From the NCBI GenBank assembly GCA_965202585.1, contig OZ241830.1, positions 62,806,001 to 62,870,000 of the forward strand: DNA of 64,000 nucleotides, read 5' to 3'. A model generated the notes under the pieces. That model had not been told where the DNA came from and did no database searches. It worked only from the letters and a program-made list of their open reading frames with translations. The DNA is from Thalia democratica (taxonomy: Eukaryota). This document shows, one piece after another, positions 56,026-64,000 of this stretch (position 1 is its first letter; each line of letters opens with the position of its first letter). Position numbers and translations under genes: made by a program.

Positions 56026-56365
56026 GGAACGGAAACAAGAAGATATTATGAATGTGCATGCGAATAAAAAGGCAATAAAAATGTAAATAAGTTACTTTGT
56101 GAGTTTTGTATGCAGGTTTAACTAATTCAAGTAAACAAATTAAAAAAGAAATTGTAAAGAAGCTTATTTAATACAAAGAGTTTAGCAGTTTAACTTGTCG
56201 TAGTTTTATGATAAAACTAAGTTTTAGTTTTATTATCAGATCAGTTAATTTTTTAATGTTTTGTCTTATTCTGTTAATACAAAGCTTAAACAAAAAGGTT
56301 CATTATTAGTGCATTTTTTGTACTCAACAACAGTGGTATCCTATATTCAGTTCAAATTTTATTAT

Positions 56366-56531
56366 TTTTACTAAAACAATGTTTCACTCGCTTGAATAAA
56401 ATGAAACGATATCGTCAGTTGAATAAAAACTTATTCAAATAGTATAAAATTCTACTTGAATAATGTTTCATTCAACTGATGATCTCGTTTGATTTGGTTC
56501 AAGCGATTGAAACATTGTTTTGTTAGTAAAA
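56366..56531. mobile_element. Fold-back/MITE-like element with ~60-bp imperfect terminal inverted arms; a second partial copy lies at 31584-31659
   Basis: Left arm ttttactaaaacaatgtttcactcgcttgaataaaatgaaacgatatcgtcagttgaat matches the reverse complement of 56470-56531 (6 mismatches and a 3-nt indel by hand). 31584-31659 matches the left arm plus part of the spacer (cttattcaaatag). Confidence 0.7.
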
Positions 56532-57120
56532 CTTAAAATGTTGAACTGATCATTCTCTTCATAATTAAGTGGAGGACTTTTATTGTTATGTATAAAGTAA
56601 AAAGTACACAGTATTCTATATTTAGACTAGAATCAAGTAGATGAATGAATAAATTACAAGACTAGCGTTTACACTGACACCTAAACAAAGTACTTTACAA
56701 ATGAATGCAGCATTTTAAAAATTCCAATAATCAAAACTTCGTTATATATTACAAAGTAATATAACTCTTATAGGCAAGTCGCGGAGTTGCTTGAAACTAA
56801 AATTTTTAACTCTGAAGAATAAACTCGTTAGAAAAACACCAATACTACTTGATACTAATAAGTCTTAAACTATATAGATATATACTAGAAAATTAAAATA
56901 GAAGTTTACGAATACTTTGTTTGAACCAACTGTTGCTAACTTTATCGTTATTTAAAAATCAGTTGTTATTCAATTTTTACCGCTTGTAAGTTCATATAAC
57001 CCGAATAACTCCTACATAACTGAAATATTTTTTGGCTTCTTAATCTTAAAGTTAACTTTGGAATTTTTGACATTTTTCAACTTTACTGCACAGTTTAGAA
57101 GGTTCACTAGACCCTTAAAC

Positions 57121-57180
57121 CAGCGGCGAGCAAGCACTTGGTGGTCGCGGGCGCCAAATTGAAATAGAAATCTTTGCGGG
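57121..57180 (+). mobile_element. Possible degenerate hAT-like left end
   Basis: cagcggcgagcaagcacttggtggtcgcgggcgcc resembles the end at 59929; short GC island only. Confidence 0.35.
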
Positions 57181-58054
57181 CTTTTTAGTTTTAGAAATCT
57201 TTTTAGTTAATAGTTATGACGTCACTTTTTTTTACAGACCCTCAAAATAATCTGAAGTAAATGTATTTGGTAAATCATCTCTTACCTAAAGTGTTGTACA
57301 ATTAAACTTTATTCAAATTCATGAAGTCAAACGCTTCTAATCAAATAGCTATTGAGACAAGTACTTTTATAATAATCTACAATTTTTATATAAAGTTTAA
57401 TAAATAAATACAAAACTATAGGTTTTAAAACTTTTATTAAAAAAGCTTAAAGTTAGTTTATAGACTTTTGTGCCGTATTGCCTAAATCGTTCTTTCTACT
57501 TAAATAACTTTCAATATTAGTATATTAATTGATATAACAAATTTGTACATTGTTATATATCAAATTTTTTGTTAGTTGTTTGAAAAATTATAACTAAATA
57601 AAATAGTCTCCCGCGTAGTATTTTGTACTCAGGTCGAAAATACGTGATAGTACGGAAAGTGCGTAGTTATAGACAGCTTCGAACTTTAGCTTAAAAATTA
57701 AGACTTTCTGGCTTAGTTGTCAATTAATGTAAACTTGATAAATAAAAACTAAAACTTTATTAGTTAAGGATTTGCATTGGTAAAAATTTATTATTTCAGA
57801 TAGTAACAAAAAAAGTTTTTAAATAGCTTTTATTAAACAAACGAATCAACACGATAAGTACTAATCAAAAAATATCATTTTGGTAGACATCAACAAAAAA
57901 GTACAGTCAGAAAAACAAAAAAAATCTGAATAATTCTGAAATGCATTTAAAAATTAGTATTAAGATAGTGCTTTGTAAGAAAACTAAAGATTACAAGTAT
58001 TATTATCTAGCAATTTGTATAAGGTTTGATCATACCAAATCGGTCATCAAACCA

Positions 58055-58110
58055 CAAGCCTTCGGTAGACTGGGACCGGTTTCGTCTTTATTAGGACTCA
58101 TCAGTCAGCC
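58055..58110 (-). ncRNA. Minimal type I hammerhead ribozyme motif (Penelope/retrozyme type)
   Basis: Minus strand reads GGCUGA-CUGAUGA-GUC cuaauaaa GAC-GAAA-C CG G-UC-CCAGUC. Full catalytic core; 3-bp stem II; palindromic ACCGGU stem III; GUC cleavage triplet; stem I GGCUG/CAGUC with an A-C mismatch next to the core. Confidence 0.8.
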
Positions 58111-58201
58111 ACAACCGAAAAACATCATCAACCAAAGTCAACAATCTACAAACAGTTTCTACATACAAGAACATAATAAAAACGTTTGCTAGTATTGATC
58201 A

Positions 58202-58289
58202 CTGCCTGATGAGTCCTATTACGGACGAATCTGACCTCAGTCTATCGAAGGCTTGTAGTCTGATGGTCGAAATGGTATGAACAAACTTT
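58202..58289 (+). ncRNA. Second, degenerate hammerhead copy in inverted orientation
   Basis: CTGATGA-GTCC tattac GGAC-GAAT-CTGACC-TCAGTC: perfect stem II, but GAAA changed to GAAT and the GUC triplet lost. Gapless 70/88 identity (hand count) to the reverse complement of 58021-58108. Confidence 0.7.
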
Positions 58290-58443
58290 ATCTTAAGTCG
58301 AGCGTTTCTCACGGCATACGAAGTCCAGGTTAGGTTTTGTTGACTTTCGTCTATGTTTTCGTTAATAATTTAAAGACATAAAATTATTAGAAATAAAAAG
58401 TTTAATTTTTTTGCATTTAGCTTTAAATGGTGTTCTTTAAAAT

Positions 58444-61400
58444 TTATCTTCTTTTTGAATCCACGCATTCCGCAACAATATGAAGTATTTTCTGCGTGAA
58501 GTTTAATAAATTAATACTTTTGCAAAAACATGAAATATTGGTTTTATTTATCGCATTTAAATAGTTTCTTTTGTTAGTTTTAAGTAAAATATATATAATA
58601 AAACAATATAAAGTTAAACTGTTAATCTTTTTATTTTTTCTTTGAAATAATCCTTAAAACTTAAGTACAATAAAAATTACTTGAACTAGTCAAAAAGCGT
58701 TACTACAAATGAGTACAAAAGCGAATAAAAAAACAAACTTGTTTGTTAATTTCAGTGTTAAACTTGACGAGGTCATGCAATCTTTCGAACTCTTCTTTCT
58801 CGTAGTGCAAGTCAAACGTGCTGTTGTATGGAGTATCTTTTGCAAATATATCAAAATCTCCTTCCATGTCTTCTGGATCCCTCATAATTCCTAAAAATTT
58901 AAACACATTAGTCACGAACTTGAAAAGTAGTGACATTTATTTGTTGTTCAAACATTTATAAAGCTATATAAAGCATATGAAATATGTTATAGAATAAACT
59001 TTATAACAGTAATACAATTACTTATACAAATATAAACTGCTAGATATGACATATAATAGGGGTGGGCAACGTACGGCCCGCGAGCAAAGTGACAGGCCCG
59101 CACAGGGTCAATATTACAAACTTTTCATAAAACTTTTTATAATACTTTTACAAAACAAAACTGTAAGAATTCGTCTTTAAAAAAATGCTAAAAAATTACT
59201 TTATGAACTAATGTGTGCTAATAAATACACTATTTTGTCATAATATTTTCCGTTGTTCTAACTTATTTGGAATATCTTTTTGCCAAATTACCCCATGCAA
59301 AGTGTTTCTTTAAGTACGATATTTGTCAATATCAATTTGTAGGCATTATTTAAACATCTGACTTGTCTCAATCCTCATCTTAAGTTGTCAGACTTGAGAA
59401 AGTTTTGTGAATTTGAAGAATTCAAAAAAGGATCAACTGTATTCATAAAATTAGAATCCGGCCTGATCCAAAACTTTTTTCAAAATTAATATCCGACCGG
59501 ATCCGCATCTCGACTTAAAATTATTAGTCAGATTCGGACCTAACAATTTATATTTCGGCTGGATCCAGCCACTGGTTTATCATGTTTATTATTTATATGA
59601 AAGTTATACTTTAGTTTATTTTATTTCATCGTTACAAAAAACTACAGCATTGACCAAGATACTAATAAACATAAATTGCAGACTGTTTAATTTTGAAATA
59701 CATAAAAATAAATTGTATTAATTACTCAAAAAAAGTATCTGCAATCTACATAGATATTTATTTCGAAATTGAACTTCAAGTAAAAGTCACAGCAGCAGTG
59801 TTACTATTTTTTAAGGATACAATACTGTTAGATAGAACACATAAAAATTTAACTAGAGCATTTTGTATAGTATGTTATAAAAACTTATAACAATAACGAA
59901 CTCTGTAAGTTACTTATATTGCATACACCAGGGATCGACAAACATTTTGTGGTCGTGGACCAAGCTTTAAAAAAATACATGTGGGCCGCAGTTGTAGTTT
60001 GCACCGTTAATGATAGACCACAAAATATCTAATGTAAGTTTCTAATCTAAAGTGATTATAACTAAGACCTTTTTTACTATAAGTTTGAAACCCAAAAAAA
60101 CTAGTGTAACTTTTATTTTCTGGGCCATATATGCATGATCGTCGGTCGTATTTCATTTATTTTAAACTATTGCTTACAGGCCACACTTTTACCCTTCGCG
60201 GCCGCAGTTTGTTTAGCCCTGGCATATACAATGCTTGTATAAAATAAACTTTAAACTTTGTTCAATGTACCTGGTTTACTGAACTTTCTGAACATGACAT
60301 TGCACAAGCAAAAATGAATAACAATAGGGCATTTAGGGTCAGTGTCTTTGAACACATACATTTCTTTTAGTCCTTCTCTGTCGTATACAGAAGCATCAAT
60401 TCGAGGGAACGGTATGTCATTCAACTGTGCCCACTTTTCCGCAAGTAGTAGGTTCTAAATTTGTTACTTAAAACCTTTATCAGCAAACAACTTATCTAAG
60501 TAGCTATAAGAAAAAACTTAGTAATCAAAAAATACTAAATAAATTTTATAGGTTTTAGTCAATTTTATTTGAAGTGTTAGTAGAAATTAGTAAATGAAGG
60601 TTTTATGGAGAAAAAACTATATTGTAAAGTTTAAGTTATAAAATTCTATCTATAAACAAAGGTTTCACAGAACTTTACCTTTATTCTAAGAATAAAACAA
60701 GTTTTTACATAAATAATTCGTATCAAAAATTAAAGTGAAGTAAATTTGTCATAGCAACTTCAAAAGCTTAAAATATATCTTTAATTTATTCAAAACATTT
60801 TACTTACCCTAAATGGCATCATGTCGTCTTTTTCTCTCTTGCTAAAGTCGTAGGATATTATTACGTCACATTTTCGTTCCGGTCTAAGTATAGTTGGGTA
60901 AGGAGAATTGATTGAAAGTGCAGCATCACCTATATAAATTTCAGCTTTCTCACTTAAATCTTTTTCGTTGAACTTTTCTTTTTCAACTCCTACGTCTGCT
61001 TTAATATTATTTGTTGATATATGAAACTTGATTTAAACATCTTTTTATTATGATTGTTTTAAGTATCATCGAAAAAATAATAATTTTAGAGAAACATTAA
61101 CACTACTTATTGAACAATAAAAAAAGCGCTCAGAAATTTGGTCTTAGGACAAAAAACCTTTTCGGCTATCAACGATGCACAACGAAAATCGAAATAAAAC
61201 ATATAACAAAGTTCATGGCTTAAATAAAAAATAAATTGAAAGAATTTGCTTTCAATTTCAAAAAAAAAGTTACATTTTTGATTAAAAAACAAGTATTTAG
61301 TTTACATCGATACTAAAATTTAAAACGTTGCAGTATTCTAATGTGAGCAAGTACTTATTTAATATATTTCTTTAATAAATAAACTTAATATGTTTAAATT

Positions 61401-64000
61401 TAGTAACTTAAGCTATTTTTCGAACTTTCACAAGCATTAGGTTTGCTGTATGAAGTCTGTCTGATTGTCAATTACATTAAAATATAAAACAAACTACAGA
61501 TCTAAATTCCATTACTCTATTAACTTGAGCTATTAAAAAAAACAATACTATTGAAAAACAGTGTAACTCAATTGAACAACCCCCAATAGTAATCAAATTT
61601 ATTTTGTAAATTGTTAACCTTCAAGATTCATACTTTTGTCAAATGAATTTTCGGTTTTCCGGCATAAAAAATTCAGACCTCTGAAAAAATTAAAAACTAG
61701 TCCTCCTCTTTTCTGACTTCTTGACTGGAAATAAATTGTTTTCAGATGTTTTTTAGTTCCCATATATTGTTTTAAGATCTTTATTTTACTAAAACTTGAA
61801 ACGTAGATATTTTGTAAATTTAAAACATTACTCAAACTTACTTAAATTTCTACTTATTTCAGTAAAAAAATTGCTTGTTTTAGTGATGTACTAACAGAAT
61901 CTTAATTATACAGCAGATTGCTTACATAAAAGGCATAGTAACAATGTTTTAAAAATAAAAACACAAAAACTAAAATAAAAACAACACTTTTTGTATGTAT
62001 CTTATATTAAAAATCTTAAAACAAATTTACAGAAGTTCTCAATGACTACTAAGATAGTTTTTCACGGTTTTCTAAAATTTAATTACGTTTATATGGCAAA
62101 ATGTACTGTGTTGTATACACAATAAACAAAAATACAAATAAATTGGCTAAACCAGTAAAAAGTTTAATTACATTTGATAAAAGAAGTATAATTTGCTTTT
62201 AACTAGTTTTATATACCCTATAATTTTAAACTTGGGGATATTTTTGGTCTAATTTATTTTTAATAACTAAACCCAAGGTTTTAACAGTCGTATTGAAATT
62301 AGTCTTACAAATGAAAATAACTTTAACTTATTTTTATCTTTTTTATAAATTTATAGAATATGTTTTAAATCAAAAGCTAAGCAATTGTTGCAATATTTGC
62401 AAAGCATTTGTTGCAAACCTTCAAAAAACTTTATTTTGAAAATAATATTTTTGAAACTTACTTTGAAAAAATCAATCTTCATCAGAAAATTTATAATTCC
62501 GTCTGTTAAACTCATATTCTTATTTTCATTCCCATTTTCAACTGTCAGGTTTTTTTCGTTTTCTGTTTTTTCAAGCTCGGGCTCAACAGCTTGGTTCATG
62601 TAATCCAAAAATGACTCTCTAAAAGTATAAACAAGTTTATTTGAATTATATCTCGTAAAAAGTCATTTTCATCAAGCAAAACTATGCATTGAGAGAATTT
62701 AACTGTCCTTATTGTATTTTTACAAAGTTTGATGTTAGTTTACTTTTTATTATTTTTGTTAATTTTATTATAGACGAAAAGTTATACAAATATGTGATGA
62801 TATTTATCAACCAAAAAACATTGAACTATTTAAAAATTAAAAAAAATTTGTTGGTAATAAAACATTTTTTTTTAATTTACTTAATGTTCTCACATAACAA
62901 AAACTAAAATAACTACATATATATGTAATAAACACGATTAGTACTTTAGATGTATTGTTACAAAAACAAAAATGTCGTGTAGATGATTGTAAATAAACCG
63001 TTTAAGTTTAAGTTTAATGAAATCGTTATATCTTAAGCTTTTTATTAAAAACATTAAAAAGTTAGCGTATAACTTAATAGTTGAAATTAACTACAAAATA
63101 ACTTTAGTTCTAGTTCATTCTGGTCTCCTACCACATCCTTAACTGAGCTGTTTCGGTTATCGCTACCTGTGTAAATTTATTATGTGTAGAACTTTAATAA
63201 AGTTGCAATTATTCAAAAAATATAAATTTTGTTTTAGAGCATACGAAGTTTGATAGTATAAAGTTCTGTTTTGCTGTAACCACAACTTAAATGAATATAA
63301 TTATATTAACGACAGAAATTTGAAGCATAAAGCGTGACAAAAATTAAAAAAAAACATCAATCATGAATTTAGCTTTATTGAGTTTATACAACCTTTTTTC
63401 ATGCTTTCTTTTATCTCGTCAGTTCTTTGATTTTTATCTTCTGAATTTTTGATATCGTTATTTTCATACCGGCAATATGTAGACAGTTGCCTGGACAGAT
63501 TAACTGCGTAAGCGCTACCCCACACAGCCTAAAATTGTTTCAACTCTAAATTAACTGTTAAAGTGCTAAAAATTTGTTTCAATTTATTTTTTTTATTACA
63601 AAACTAAATAAAAAAAAAGTTGTCTATACATTATAAAAAAGAGTATGTAATACATCTACTACCTATTGTGTTAGAACGCGTCATGACATAAACAATAGTA
63701 TTTTTTTCTCTACATACAATACCATATTTAACTTTTATTTTAAATTCGTGCCAAGTATTGCTCTAACTTATTTTTTCAATGCATAAACTAACTTTTAAGT
63801 CGTTTAAATTTTGTAAGATAAGAAATATATGGTACTACTTTCAGTTAAAATGCATTTATTTGACATCGTTATGGTTGAAATGCTACAACAAACCATGAGG
63901 TATTGTAATGGTGCTTCTTCATACTTCTTCATAATATTTCCTAGAAAAAATTTGCTGTTAAAATCGTTGATGCGAGCAAACGTTTGGTGTTTTGATATTC
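58444..64000 (-). CDS. Cytosolic phospholipase A2 (PLA2G4-like) copy 2, 3' half; gene continues beyond the window
   Basis: Exons >64000-63894, 63528-63393 (AVWGSAYA), 63166-63103, 62618-62462, 61724-61619 (GGLVFNFFRGL), a probable micro-exon near 61460-61430, 61026-60808 (YIGDAALSINSPYPTILRPER), 60454-60271 (LLLAEKWA), 58890-58739, 58491-58444 (TAA). All visible exons are open and orthologous to copy 1 exons. Confidence 0.92.
59066..59110 (+). mobile_element. Isolated hAT-like left end
   Basis: taggggtgggcaacgtacggcccgcg...ggcccgca resembles Charlie-type termini; no matching right end found. Confidence 0.5.
59929..60221 (+). mobile_element. ~293-bp hAT-type MITE in a cPLA2-2 intron
   Basis: TIRs cagggatcgacaaac and (reverse complement) cagggctaaacaaac; 8-bp target-site duplication gcatacac / gcatatac (7/8); internal gggccgca motifs. 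Confidence 0.8.

Noticed and set aside
56476-56515. CTGATGA...GAAAC as a third hammerhead
   Set aside because: No stem II closing pair next to the core and no stem I; the motif is part of the fold-back arm.
15181-62907. Many 60-90 aa K/F/L/I/N-rich ORFs (e.g. 15181, 26890, 39222, 41285, 59693, 61107, 62689)
   Set aside because: Chance ORFs in very AT-rich intronic or intergenic DNA with no splice or homology support.

Overview
Very AT-rich, intron-containing animal (invertebrate) genomic DNA; the species cannot be named from the sequence. I reconstructed the spliced genes by hand using GT-AG boundaries and phase checks. From left to right: (1) a trypsin-type serine protease with an acidic (DDSGDNT)n tail, minus strand, 3323-5191, plus a 5'-truncated tandem copy at 773-2150; (2) at least three exons of an unidentified gene, minus strand, 10128-12681; (3) an M13/neprilysin-family zinc metallopeptidase with a signal peptide, minus strand, 17336-24673; (4) a decayed Penelope-like retroelement (RT C-terminus plus GIY-YIG) near 34.7-35.6 kb, and several hAT-type MITE ends; (5) a cytosolic phospholipase A2 (group IV-like, C2 plus catalytic domain), plus strand, 40105-49629, with one in-frame TAA; (6) a secreted protein made of two catalytically dead trypsin-fold domains, plus strand, 53305-56025; (7) the 3' half of a second, inverted cPLA2 paralog, minus strand, 58444 to beyond 64000. 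The most unusual non-coding signal is an inverted pair of type I hammerhead ribozyme motifs at 58021-58289, about 335 nt downstream of the cPLA2-2 stop. It shows signs of a ~170-nt retrozyme-like monomer. Identity and GC figures are hand counts; no database searches were run.
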